This document shows positions 7,600 to 17,142 of a DNA stretch of 64,000 bases, piece by piece. Position numbers and translations under genes: made by a program. The notes under the pieces were generated by a model. That model did not search any database. It saw nothing but the letters and a program-made list of their open reading frames with translations, and had not been told where the DNA came from. This DNA is from Alphaproteobacteria bacterium (GTDB lineage Bacteria > Pseudomonadota > Alphaproteobacteria > SP197), in NCBI GenBank assembly GCA_965207785.1, contig CBDBNO010000012.1, positions 187,808 through 251,807 on the forward strand. The letters are read 5' to 3'. Each line of letters opens with the position of its first letter. Within the stretch, counting starts at the first letter, position 1.

Positions 7600-8058
7600 T
7601 CAGCGTCGCTGATATTCTCTGATCTTGCGGAAGGCCCCGGTCGTGGGGACACGATAGGCGAACCAGTCTGTCCTCATGACTTCGCGTTGTTCATCCCTGT
7701 AAGACTTGCCGTCCCTAACCAGGACGTGGTCGCCTGGGGCTCTTGTCTCCTGCCTGATCACAATGCTGTTCAGCGTCGGAAGACCGTTCACCCGGCAATA
7801 TTCTCCGACGATCCCCAACGGAATCCCCAAGGTGACTCCCGCCTTGGGATCCATTCCCATTCTTTTCGCGAGCTCACCGTAGGTGATGAGCACGTCTTTC
7901 CGTCGGCGAGGTGGCCGGGGTTCGTCTCGCCATTTCCATTCCTTCATGACGTGGGCCGTGAGGATCATCCAGACGCGTTGTGCCTGCACGTGCCGCCGGT
8001 CGCCGATACCAAACTCCTTAGCTTCAGGAACGGTGATGTCTCTCATTGTTTGAGCCAT
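7600..8058 (-). CDS. MGMT/Ogt-fold (alkyltransferase-like) winged-helix protein lacking the PCHR active-site motif, 152 aa
   Basis: ITYGELAKRMGMDPKAGVTLGIPLGIVGEYCRVNGLPTLNSIVIRQETRAPGDHVLVRDG aligns to the MGMT C-terminal domain (VSYGQLA...GAARAVGAA..NPISIVVPCHRV..G..GY). PCHRV is replaced by IRQET. The ribosome-binding site is GGAGAAAG. Confidence 0.55.
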   Translation of the reverse strand: MAQTMRDITVPEAKEFGIGDRRHVQAQRVWMILTAHVMKEWKWRDEPRPPRRRKDVLITYGELAKRMGMDPKAGVTLGIPLGIVGEYCRVNGLPTLNSIVIRQETRAPGDHVLVRDGKSYRDEQREVMRTDWFAYRVPTTGAFRKIREYQRR

Positions 8059-8345
8059 TTTGCTTTCTCCGTGCAATATTGCACATCTTGCGCTACATTG
8101 CACGAAGAATCAACCCATTGGCGTGATCGTCCGATATTCGTCTACCCGGTGGGAGAGACCGCAATACATGGCAGCCGGGTTGGCGGCGATCGGAGCCAGA
8201 CTCTTGATAGCCAAATAGGGCTGCCCTGCAGTCGATGACTATCATCCGGTTCGTGATGTGTTGGGTTCTGTCCGAAGGCCCGGAACAAGGCCAATGGAAC
8301 GGCGGTGCGGCGTGTTGCCGACGACACATCCGGGCCCTGGCCTGA

Positions 8346-11300
8346 TCAACCGGCGCTGCTGACGCGTTGTGGCCGGCGCACGTCTTGAGACGCGGCGCTG
8401 CGGAATGCGACAAGAGCCTCGACCTCGGCGGCGCGGGCCCTGGCGATGGCTTTGGCCTTGACATGACCAAAGCCGCGAATCTGCGAAGGGACGTTGGCAA
8501 GGTCCACGGCGGCGGCATGGTTCGCGGGGGTCAGTGCGACAACAACCTCGTTCATGCGATCGAAGTAGTCGGAAATCAGCCGGCGTTCCTCGCGCCGTTC
8601 GCGCTGCCAGCCAAAGGGATCGAGAACGCTGCCACGCAGCCGCCGCATGGCCGCAAGGCAGCGAAACACCACGAGGATCCAGCCACCGAACGTCCGTTTC
8701 ACCCGGTGGCCGGTCACCGGGTCGCGATGCGAGATCAACGGCGGCGCCAGGTGGAGCTGCAACCTCGGTTTGCCCTCGAAGGTTTCCTGCAGTCTCTTCG
8801 CGAATGTGCCGTCGACATAGAGCCGCGCCACTTCGTACTCGTCCTTGTAGGACATCAGCCTGAAGGCCTGGCGGGCGACGGCATCGGCAAGCTCGTCCCT
8901 GCCCGGCGTCAGCCTGCGTTCGGCATCCGAGACGCGATGGACAAGATCCAGGTACCGCTCGGCCCACGAACGGTCCTGCCAGGACGCGAGGAAGGCGGCG
9001 TAGCGTTCCACGAGCGCCTCACCGGTGTCCTGGTCTTCCTCCGCCGACGCCAGATTGCGGACCGCCGCCATGTCATGGGCCGCATGCCGTCCCAGGAGCA
9101 CGGCCTGCCTGTTGGTCTCGACGGCGACGCCGTTGAGTTCGATGGCCCTGTCGATGGCGTGACCCGGGAGCGGCAGAAGGCCCCTTTGCAGGGCATAGCC
9201 GAGCATGAAGAGATTGGCAGCAATGCCGTCGCCGAGCAGACTTCTGGCGAGGCGTGTGGCATCGACGACGTGCATCGCCGCGCTGCCGACCGCGTCCTCG
9301 AGGGCTTTCTCAAGGGCCTCAAGCGGATACTCGAGATCGGGGTCGAGGGCAAAGGCGCCCGTCATCGTCATCTCGGTGTTGACGACGGCCGTGGTCGTGC
9401 CGGGCGCCAGTTTGCGGAGCGTGTCCGGCGCCGCCGCTGTGACCATGTCGCAGGCCAGCAGCAGGCGGGCCCCGCCGTCGGTGATGCGCGGCGCGTGAAG
9501 CTCGCCGGGAGACCTGGCGATTCGGATGTGACTGACCACAGCACCGCCTTTCTGGGCCATGCCGATCATGTCGAGAACCGTGACACCGTTGCCTGCGACA
9601 TGTGCCGCCATGCCGAGAAGCGCGCCGACCGTGACCACTCCGGTGCCGCCAATGCCCGCGACCACGATGTCCCACGGCCTGTCGAGAGGCGCCATGGCCG
9701 GTTGCGGCAGGTGTCCCGACGCCAGGGAATGGAGCGCATCCTTGTTGCTGCGGCGCGGCCGGACACCGGTGACGGTCACAAGAGCCGGACAGAATCCCTT
9801 GATGCAGGACATGTCCATGTTGCACGACGACTGATCGATTTGCCGCTTGCGGCCGGACGGAGTCGCCACCGGAACGATCGCCACGCAGTTCGACTTGAGG
9901 CCGCAGTCGCCGCACCCTTCGCACACCTCCTCGTTGATGATGACACGCTCCAGAGGAATCGGCAGGGTGCCGCGCTTGCGACGCCGGCGCTTCTCGGCAG
10001 CACAAGTCTGGTCGTAGATGAGAACCGTAAGGCCGGGAACCTTCGCCAGGGCACGCTGGACCAGCTCCAGGTCGTCGCGATGATGCACCGTGCAGCCCTG
10101 TGGCCAGCGCGTCTTCGCCGGGTACTTCGCCGGATCGTCGGTGACGACACGGATCTCCCGTGCCCCCTCCGCCGCCACCTGGCGGGCGATGCGGGGCGGA
10201 CTGACATCAATGTCGGCGCTCTGCCCGCCGGTCATCGCAACGGCATCGTTGCACAGGATCTTGTAGGTCATGTTGACGTTTGCCGCCGCGGCCGCGCGGA
10301 TCGCCAGCAGGCCCGAGTGGCTGTAGGTGCCGTCGCCCAGATTGACGAAGACATGGTCCGTGGCAACGAACGGAGCCTGTCCGATCCACGAGGCGCCTTC
10401 CGCGCCCATGTGCGTGAAGGTTGCGGTGTTCCTCCCCATGCCGAGCGCCAGGTAGTGGCAGCCGATGCCGGCCAGGGCCCGGCTTTCCGGGGGCACCCTG
10501 GTCGACGTGTTGTGCGGGCAGCCGGCGCAGAAATAGGGCGTGCGCTCGAGAGGTGGCGGCTCACCGGCAGGGACTGGCTGATGGCGGGCACGGAACCCTT
10601 CGGTGAAGGTCGTGGAACCGGTGAGCGCGTCGAGACGGGGCGCGATGATGCGGGCGATTGCTGACGGATCCAGCTCGCCATCCGACGCCACGAGAGGTGC
10701 TCCCGCAGGGTCATGCTTGCCGCTCACGCGTGGCCGGTGCGTCGCCGGCAGATGATAGAGAGCCTCCTTGATCTGGGTTTCCATGAGAGCGCGCTTTTCC
10801 TCGATGACGAGGATGTCCTCGAGACCCGTGGCGAACTCTTCGAGACCTTCCGTCTCCAGGGGCCACGTCATGCCCACCTTGTAGAGACGCAGGCCGACAG
10901 CCCCCATGGCGGCATCGTCCAGTCCGAGATCATCCAGCGCCTGGGCCAGATCAAGCCAGGACTTCCCGGCCGCCACGATGCCAAGGCGCGCCTGGTGGCT
11001 GCCTCCGACGATTCGGTCGAGACGGTTCGCCCGGGCAAAGGCCCTGGCGGCGCCGAGCTTGTGGTTCTGCAGGCGCTCTTCCTGGCGCATCGGCTCATCG
11101 GGCCAGCGGATGTTGAGTCCGCCGGCCGCCGGGTCGGCAGAGGGAGGTACGGCAACCGGCCGATCCGGCACGAGTTCGATCGACGAGGATGCATCGAGGT
11201 TGTCGGCCGTCGTCTTGAAGCCGATCCAGCATCCCGAATGGCGGGACATTTCCATGCCGATGATTCCGAAGTCGAGAATCTCCGCCACGCCGGCCGGGTT

Positions 11301-11813
11301 GAGAACCGGAATGCCGGCGGCCACGAAGGCCTGCTCGCTCTGGTGCGGCAGTGTCGAGGACCGGCAGCCGTGATCGTCGCCGGCGATCAGCAGTACTCCG
11401 CCATGCCTCGCCGATCCGGCCAGATTGCCGTGTCTGAAGGCATCGCCGGAACGGTCGACTCCCGGTCCCTTGCCGTACCAGTAGGCGAACACCCCGTCGT
11501 GACGGGCGTCATCGAACAACTGGGCCTGCTGGCTGCCCCAGATGGCCGTCGCCGCGAGATCCTCGTTGATGCCCGGCTGGAAACGGATGCGGTGTTCTTT
11601 CAGGTGTTCCGCGGCGCGCCAGAGCTGCTGGTCATAGCCGCCGAGGGGGGAGCCGCGGTATCCGGAAATGAACCCGGCGGTGTCGAGCCCCGCCCTGGCG
11701 TCGCGCCGGCGCTGCTCCATGGGCAGGCGGACCAGCGCCTGGATGCCCGTCAGGTAGACACGCCCTTCTTCAAGGACGTACTTGTCATCGAGGCTGACCT
11801 CGCCTTGCGGCAT
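8346..11813 (-). CDS. Indolepyruvate ferredoxin oxidoreductase family protein (fused alpha/beta, about 1155 aa)
   Basis: It has the TPP-binding and 2x[4Fe-4S] motifs (CEGCGDCGLKSNC...CIKGFCP) and the N-terminal LDDKYVLEEGRVYLTGIQALVRLP typical of the IOR family. Confidence 0.85.
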   Translation of the reverse strand: MPQGEVSLDDKYVLEEGRVYLTGIQALVRLPMEQRRRDARAGLDTAGFISGYRGSPLGGYDQQLWRAAEHLKEHRIRFQPGINEDLAATAIWGSQQAQLFDDARHDGVFAYWYGKGPGVDRSGDAFRHGNLAGSARHGGVLLIAGDDHGCRSSTLPHQSEQAFVAAGIPVLNPAGVAEILDFGIIGMEMSRHSGCWIGFKTTADNLDASSSIELVPDRPVAVPPSADPAAGGLNIRWPDEPMRQEERLQNHKLGAARAFARANRLDRIVGGSHQARLGIVAAGKSWLDLAQALDDLGLDDAAMGAVGLRLYKVGMTWPLETEGLEEFATGLEDILVIEEKRALMETQIKEALYHLPATHRPRVSGKHDPAGAPLVASDGELDPSAIARIIAPRLDALTGSTTFTEGFRARHQPVPAGEPPPLERTPYFCAGCPHNTSTRVPPESRALAGIGCHYLALGMGRNTATFTHMGAEGASWIGQAPFVATDHVFVNLGDGTYSHSGLLAIRAAAAANVNMTYKILCNDAVAMTGGQSADIDVSPPRIARQVAAEGAREIRVVTDDPAKYPAKTRWPQGCTVHHRDDLELVQRALAKVPGLTVLIYDQTCAAEKRRRRKRGTLPIPLERVIINEEVCEGCGDCGLKSNCVAIVPVATPSGRKRQIDQSSCNMDMSCIKGFCPALVTVTGVRPRRSNKDALHSLASGHLPQPAMAPLDRPWDIVVAGIGGTGVVTVGALLGMAAHVAGNGVTVLDMIGMAQKGGAVVSHIRIARSPGELHAPRITDGGARLLLACDMVTAAAPDTLRKLAPGTTTAVVNTEMTMTGAFALDPDLEYPLEALEKALEDAVGSAAMHVVDATRLARSLLGDGIAANLFMLGYALQRGLLPLPGHAIDRAIELNGVAVETNRQAVLLGRHAAHDMAAVRNLASAEEDQDTGEALVERYAAFLASWQDRSWAERYLDLVHRVSDAERRLTPGRDELADAVARQAFRLMSYKDEYEVARLYVDGTFAKRLQETFEGKPRLQLHLAPPLISHRDPVTGHRVKRTFGGWILVVFRCLAAMRRLRGSVLDPFGWQRERREERRLISDYFDRMNEVVVALTPANHAAAVDLANVPSQIRGFGHVKAKAIARARAAEVEALVAFRSAASQDVRRPQRVSSAG

Positions 11814-11973
11814 GAGTGGAGGACCGCTTGCTTGGAGGGGTGAACGCCGTTCACCATAGCGGCCATGGACCATGCCGGCGAGTCACGATTGACCGTCCCG
11901 GGAGTGTAGCCTTCGGCGGGGAAGTGGACTAAAGAGGCGGGATCAGACCAGACCTGCCTGTGAGGAATCCGCC

Positions 11974-13362
11974 ATGACCGTCATCCCCAACTCTCCCCAC
12001 GCGCGCGATGCCGCAACCCTCATCCACCCCTATTCCAACCTGGTGGTGCACGAGAAGGAAGGTCCTCTCATCATCGAGAAGGGCAACGGCGTCCATGTCG
12101 AGGACCTCGAAGGCAACACCTACATCGAGGGACTCGCCGGCCTGTGGTGCACCTCGCTCGGTTTCAACAACGAACGGCTGGTGGAGGCAGCGGCGGCGCA
12201 GATGCGCAAGCTCCCCTACTACCACGCCTTCTTTCACCGCTCCTCAATGCCGTCCATCGAGCTGGCCGAACGCCTGATCGCCATGTCACCGGCGCCGATG
12301 GCGCGTGTCTGGTTCGCCAATTCCGGTTCCGAGGCCAACGACCATGCAGTGAAGTTCGTCTGGTACTACAACAACGCCCGCGGCAAGCCAGAAAAGAAAA
12401 AGATCATCGCCCGCCTCGGCGGCTATCACGGAATCTGCGTGTCGTCGGGCAGCCTCACCGGCATTCCGCTGATGCACCAGGGCTTCGATCTGCCGATCGC
12501 CAACATCATGCACACCGGGTCACCACACTGGTACCACGAAGGCCTGGAGGGTGAATCGGAAGAGGACTTCGCGACCCGAAGGGCCGAGGAACTCGAGCAG
12601 ATGATCCTTGCCGAGGGACCCGAGACCGTAGCCGCCTTCATCGCCGAGCCCGTCATGGGTGCTGGCGGCGTCATCGTGCCGCCCGCCGGCTACTTCGAGA
12701 AGATCCAGGCCGTCCTGGCGAAGTACGACGTGCTGATGATCGCCGACGAGGTGATCTGCGGATTCCACCGCACCGGCCAGCTGTTCGGTTCCAACACCTA
12801 CGGCATCAAGCCCGACATCATGGTCGTGGCCAAGCAGCTCTCCTCGGCCTACCTGCCGATCAGTGCGGTGATCATCAACGAGAAGGTCTATGGACCGATT
12901 CGCGACTTCTCCGACGACAACGGCGTGTTTGCGACAGGTTTCACCTATTCGGGCCATCCCGTTCCGGCAGCGGTCGCCGTGGAGACCCTGAAGATCTACG
13001 ACGAAATCAACATTGCCGATCATGTCGCCAGGATCGCGCCGGTGATGCAGGAGCGACTCATGGCTCTCGCCGATCATCCGATCGTCGGCGAAGCCAGAGG
13101 CGTTGGTCTCATCGGAGCGGTGGAGCTCGTCAGGGACAAGGGGACCCGGGAGAACTTCCCGCCGGCCATCGCCAACTACTGTGGCGAACGGTGCCTTGCG
13201 CATCGCCTCATCGTGAGGGCGGCCGGGGGGAACTCCGTCGCGGTCTGTCCTCCCCTCATCATCGAGGAAGAGCAGATTCACCAGATCTTCGATCGCCTGA
13301 AAGCGGCACTCGACGACACCCTGGACCACGTCCGCCAGGAGAGCCTGCTCGACGCAGCCTGA
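11974..13362 (+). CDS. Class III (omega) aminotransferase, PLP-dependent
   Basis: 462 aa. The aspartate aminotransferase family class III pattern is present (...AEPVMGAGGVIVPP..., ADEVICGFHRTGQLFG, VAKQLSSAYLPISAV). Confidence 0.85.
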   Translation: MTVIPNSPHARDAATLIHPYSNLVVHEKEGPLIIEKGNGVHVEDLEGNTYIEGLAGLWCTSLGFNNERLVEAAAAQMRKLPYYHAFFHRSSMPSIELAERLIAMSPAPMARVWFANSGSEANDHAVKFVWYYNNARGKPEKKKIIARLGGYHGICVSSGSLTGIPLMHQGFDLPIANIMHTGSPHWYHEGLEGESEEDFATRRAEELEQMILAEGPETVAAFIAEPVMGAGGVIVPPAGYFEKIQAVLAKYDVLMIADEVICGFHRTGQLFGSNTYGIKPDIMVVAKQLSSAYLPISAVIINEKVYGPIRDFSDDNGVFATGFTYSGHPVPAAVAVETLKIYDEINIADHVARIAPVMQERLMALADHPIVGEARGVGLIGAVELVRDKGTRENFPPAIANYCGERCLAHRLIVRAAGGNSVAVCPPLIIEEEQIHQIFDRLKAALDDTLDHVRQESLLDAA

Positions 13363-13374
13363 TCATTTGATCAA

Positions 13375-13412
13375 GGGGCGCCCGCTGCGACCGGAAGGTC
13401 AGCGGGCGCCGC
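13375..13412. terminator. GC-rich hairpin between the convergent aminotransferase and oxidoreductase genes (candidate bidirectional terminator)
   Basis: GGGGCGCCCGCTG-(12 nt loop)-CAGCGGGCGCCGCCC forms a roughly 13-bp stem. It overlaps the last codons of the minus-strand gene. Confidence 0.4.
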
Positions 13413-14532
13413 CCAGTCTTGACGGCGACAGGGTCCCGGGATCCAGACCCGCTTCGACGAGATCCGGCGGCAGGCCTTTGCCGAGCATGACGGCGGCGGC
13501 GTAGGCGGAAAGACCTGTGGACGTTTGGATTCCGGCGCCTCCCTGGCCGACATTCCAGAAAAATCCCTCGCATGCCGGATCGAAACCTGTCACCGGCAGC
13601 CTGTCCGGAACGAAGCTTCGCAATCCCGCCCATCGGCTTTCCATGCGCCTGATGTCGAGAGTCGTCCACTCCATGATCCGGTGAGCGGCAAGGGCGAGGT
13701 CCAGTTCCTCGGGCGCGGCATCACAGGGTTCGCTTGGCTGCTCGTCGGCCAGGGAACCGAGCATCAGTCCGGCCTCGGGCTTGAAGTAGAAGCTCTCGCC
13801 ATCATCGGCCACCAGCGGCCAGGCGCCGTGGTCCATGCCGTCCGGCCCCCGGAAAGTGAAGGCGGTGCGGCGCATCGGCACGAGGCCGACCGGTGCCGCC
13901 CCGGCCATGCGGCCCACCACATCGCCCCAGGCGCCGGCGCAGTTGGCCACGATGGGCGCCTCGAGAGTCCTTCCGGGCACCGACACATGCCAGACACCGT
14001 TGCGGCGTTCCATTCCGGAAACCGGCGCCTTGAGGAGCATGGTGGCGCCGGACGCTCGCGCCGCCCTGAGATAGGCTCCATGGATGGCGTGTACGTCGAT
14101 GTCGCCAGCGGCTGGTTCCCAGAGCCCTGATTCGATCTTCTCCGGCTTGAGGACCGGACACCGCCGGAGACATTCATCACGATCGAGTTCGAAGAGCTGG
14201 TGCCCGATTACATGGCTCAGTCCGCGACGGGTGAACGCCGCGTCCCGGGTTTCGGTTCCGAAGAGAAGGAGAACGGGACGTCTCCTGATCAGGGACACAT
14301 CGGTGAACCCTGGCGGCGGGTCCTCGAGAAAGGGTCTGGTGGCGGCGCTGAGGGTCTTGACGACCCCGCCACCGATCACATCGGTGTAGTGGGCTGCCGA
14401 TCGCCCGGTACTGTGATAGCCCGGCTGGTCCTCCGCCTCGACAACCACCACCCTCGCCGATGGCGCAAGACGCCAGGCAAGGGACGCGCCTACCACCCCT
14501 GCACCAATGATGATGACGTCGAATGCGGCCAT
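13399..14532 (-). CDS. FAD-dependent oxidoreductase (DAO family)
   Basis: It has the N-terminal dinucleotide fold DVIIIGAGVVGASLAWRLA and the general architecture of D-amino-acid/glycine oxidase-like flavoenzymes. Confidence 0.8.
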   Translation of the reverse strand: MAAFDVIIIGAGVVGASLAWRLAPSARVVVVEAEDQPGYHSTGRSAAHYTDVIGGGVVKTLSAATRPFLEDPPPGFTDVSLIRRRPVLLLFGTETRDAAFTRRGLSHVIGHQLFELDRDECLRRCPVLKPEKIESGLWEPAAGDIDVHAIHGAYLRAARASGATMLLKAPVSGMERRNGVWHVSVPGRTLEAPIVANCAGAWGDVVGRMAGAAPVGLVPMRRTAFTFRGPDGMDHGAWPLVADDGESFYFKPEAGLMLGSLADEQPSEPCDAAPEELDLALAAHRIMEWTTLDIRRMESRWAGLRSFVPDRLPVTGFDPACEGFFWNVGQGGAGIQTSTGLSAYAAAVMLGKGLPPDLVEAGLDPGTLSPSRLGGAR

Positions 14533-14557
14533 GGTTCCAAGAAGGGGTCCTGCAGAA

Positions 14558-14633
14558 TGGTGCCGAAGGGGAGATTCGAACTCCCGACCTACTGATTACG
14601 AATCAGTTGCTCTGCCACTGAGCTACTTCGGCT
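14558..14633 (-). tRNA. tRNA-Thr (anticodon CGT)
   Basis: The reverse complement GCCGAAGTAGCTCAGTGGCAGAGCAACTGATTCGTAATCAGTAGGTCGGGAGTTCGAATCTCCCCTTCGGCACCA folds as a cloverleaf with a 7-bp acceptor stem, a T-loop TTCGAAT and an anticodon loop TTCGTAA. The CCA end is encoded. Confidence 0.9.
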
Positions 14634-14695
14634 GGGCCACCCGGTCGGGCGGGGAACCTAGTCGCAAGCCGGCGCCATGGTCAATGGCCCAAAGC

Positions 14696-16042
14696 TCACG
14701 ACAGCGTCACGGGTTCGGCCGGTTCGCGTGTTGCCAGGACCGGAGGACGGGCCTCCTCAACGGTGCCCGGACTGCGCCAGACCATGGAGTCGAAACGTCC
14801 GCATGCGTCACAGACAGCACGCCATGTCCGCGTGATATGGCCGCAGCCGTTGCATTGCCAGGTCCTGTCCGGGCTCGCCTCGATCATGCGGACCTGCCAC
14901 TCGGCAGCCTTTTCGGCGTTGTCTTCGGTGGTCTCGAGGTCGACCCACAGACGGATTTCCCGGGGAGCCAGGCCCGAAGCGCCAATGGCGTTGAGATGGC
15001 GTCGCATCTCTCCTGTCAGCCTCGATTCCATCGCCACCCGCGCCGCGGCCACATGAGCTTCCCGGTCATCCTCGTTGAGGTTGAGCAGACGTTCCATGCG
15101 ACGATAGCGGCTGGCCCCTTCATCACTCCAGGCTTCGATGTAGAGATCGGCCAGTTCCGGATGCGGCGCCATCTTCCAGGTTTTCTCGACGACACGGACG
15201 GCCTGGGTTCCCTTGCCGGAGTCAATGAGAATCCGGGCGAGGATGCAGGCCGCCGGCACCAGGTCCGGCGCCTCGCCGTGAGCCGTGCGGGCGAACTTCA
15301 GGGCCTCGTCGCGGCGTCCTTCCTCGTGGGCCCGCACCGCTTCCTCGACCAGCAGGACAGCATGGCGCCGACGTCCCGGTGCGGCCTCGATGACCTTGCG
15401 ATCGCGAGCGGATTTCAGAGTCTGGCGGGCGGCGGTCCAGTCCGCTGCCCTTGTCTGCAACTCGAAGACGGCTTCGGCCGCCCACGCGGCATCGGGTCTG
15501 AGAGCATGGGCCTTGCGCGCATACTCCGCCGCGGCCTCGTGATCGCCCTTCCTCAGGGCCGCCGCCATCAGGCCGCGAAGGCCCAGAAACTCCGTTTCCG
15601 GGCGCTCCAGCATGGCGCGAAAACGTCGGTCCGCCTCCTTGTCGTCCCCGTCGAGCTGGGCGGCCTGGGCCGTCAGGAGCAGGGTGAGCGGTGGCCGGTC
15701 GAGCAGCCTGTCGGCTCTCCTCGCATGGGCCCGGGCGCCCGGGGCGTCGCCGGCCGCCACCGCCACAAGTCCTGACGTCAACGCCTGCCAGCCTTTCTCC
15801 TTGCGCCGATCGCCCAGGGCGAGCCGGATGCGGCGCGGCCCACGCCAGATCCACTGGAGAAGGAGCACTGCAATCACTGACACGACAACGAGGAGAAGGA
15901 TCCCGAGAATCAGGATCGGCGTGTCGGTCGTCACTTCCCAGACATCCCAGACGAAGGTGACGCTGCCCCCGCGATCGGCAATCCACACGATGCCGCCGAT
16001 CACCGCGGCCATGACAATGACGTAGAAGAAGAGAGCGATCAT
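14696..16042 (-). CDS. hemY: Heme-biosynthesis-associated TPR membrane protein HemY
   Basis: It has an N-terminal TM segment, TPR-like repeats and a C-terminal Cys cluster (CNGCGH...CDACG). It is the last gene of the hemC-hemD-hemX-hemY operon. Confidence 0.8.
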   Translation of the reverse strand: MIALFFYVIVMAAVIGGIVWIADRGGSVTFVWDVWEVTTDTPILILGILLLVVVSVIAVLLLQWIWRGPRRIRLALGDRRKEKGWQALTSGLVAVAAGDAPGARAHARRADRLLDRPPLTLLLTAQAAQLDGDDKEADRRFRAMLERPETEFLGLRGLMAAALRKGDHEAAAEYARKAHALRPDAAWAAEAVFELQTRAADWTAARQTLKSARDRKVIEAAPGRRRHAVLLVEEAVRAHEEGRRDEALKFARTAHGEAPDLVPAACILARILIDSGKGTQAVRVVEKTWKMAPHPELADLYIEAWSDEGASRYRRMERLLNLNEDDREAHVAAARVAMESRLTGEMRRHLNAIGASGLAPREIRLWVDLETTEDNAEKAAEWQVRMIEASPDRTWQCNGCGHITRTWRAVCDACGRFDSMVWRSPGTVEEARPPVLATREPAEPVTLS

Positions 16043-17142
16043 GGTTGCGTGATGCTGGAAATCGCCCGCGCATGGAGACGATCGAGAGCGCCATCGGCCT
16101 CAATGCGGGCCCTCGCCTGCCCGGCCCATTGGGGCATGGTTCCGGCAGTCTGCATGGGAAGGGAGTCGATCTCCCGCAGCGCCGCTTCAAGGTCTCCCGT
16201 GGCCACCGCCGCCTCGATCCTGCGAATCGTCGCCAGACTGCCGGTACCGGCGACCTCCTCGCCGTCGATGCGCCTGACGGTGACCAGACTCTCGATGTGG
16301 GCCAGGGTCTCGTCGACCCACCCGCTGGCCGCCGCCACCTTCAATGCACTGCTGGCGGACGCGAGCACGTGCCCCAGTGATTCCTCGAGCGCGTGATGGG
16401 TGGGAATGCCGGTGCCGGCATGACGGGCGAGGATGTCAAGGTCTGCCTTGATCCCTGGATCATCCGCCTCGAGGACGGCGACGGCCTCGTGTTCCGCGAC
16501 AAACGGCCGGCCGCTGTCGACGGCCTCCCGCAACTGGCCAACCGCGACGACGAACGCCGCACCGTGATCTCCGGACCGGGCGGCGAGGGTGTCCAGCATC
16601 TCGCGAAGGGTCGCCACCTCCCGACGAAGCATGTCGATCAGGCGGTCTCGTTCCCGGTCTGCGACGTCGGGGGGGTCGGTGTCACGGCCAGAATCAATCG
16701 GAGGCGGGGCATCGTTCAGGTCTTCTTCGAAACGCGCGATACGCCGGGCAAGTTCTGCAAGGTCCGTTTCCAGTCCGGCGCGGAACTCGCCTTCAGCGGC
16801 GACAGCGGCTTCCGCCGCATCAAGACGTTCCGCCAGACGCGTCACGGCGGGATCGATATCCGTCTCGCCCTCTTCCGCGGTGAGGTGAAACACACCTTCC
16901 TCGAGATCGGCAAGGCGCGCCGAGGTGTCGCGCATCCCGGACCACAGCCAGGCCAGACCGGCGACAAGGGCCGCCACCACCAGAATGAGAATCCCTGACG
17001 CCAACCATCCGGCGTACCTTGCCAGAGACCTCTTCGCGGCCAGCACCGGCCTCCTGGTCCAGGGAGCGTGGGTGGTACTGTCTCTTGCCGGCTCGCTGCT
17101 GTCGTCAGACGTCATGAATGTTCTCCGGCAAGAACGATGCAC
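16039..17142 (-). CDS. HemX-like membrane protein (COG4223, mitofilin-like), downstream of hemD
   Basis: One N-terminal TM helix is followed by a long Ala/Glu/Arg-rich coiled-coil region. The gene occupies the conserved position between hemD and hemY. Confidence 0.6.
   Translation of the reverse strand: MHRSCRRTFMTSDDSSEPARDSTTHAPWTRRPVLAAKRSLARYAGWLASGILILVVAALVAGLAWLWSGMRDTSARLADLEEGVFHLTAEEGETDIDPAVTRLAERLDAAEAAVAAEGEFRAGLETDLAELARRIARFEEDLNDAPPPIDSGRDTDPPDVADRERDRLIDMLRREVATLREMLDTLAARSGDHGAAFVVAVGQLREAVDSGRPFVAEHEAVAVLEADDPGIKADLDILARHAGTGIPTHHALEESLGHVLASASSALKVAAASGWVDETLAHIESLVTVRRIDGEEVAGTGSLATIRRIEAAVATGDLEAALREIDSLPMQTAGTMPQWAGQARARIEADGALDRLHARAISSITQP

Noticed and set aside
8367-10664. 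A 765-aa plus-strand ORF
   Set aside because: It is fully antisense to the indolepyruvate oxidoreductase gene. Its composition is Arg/Ala/Gly-rich with low complexity, which is the typical antisense open frame of a high-GC gene.
14507-15775. A 422-aa plus-strand ORF overlapping the tRNA and hemY
   Set aside because: It is antisense to hemY and runs through the tRNA gene, so it is a high-GC artefact.
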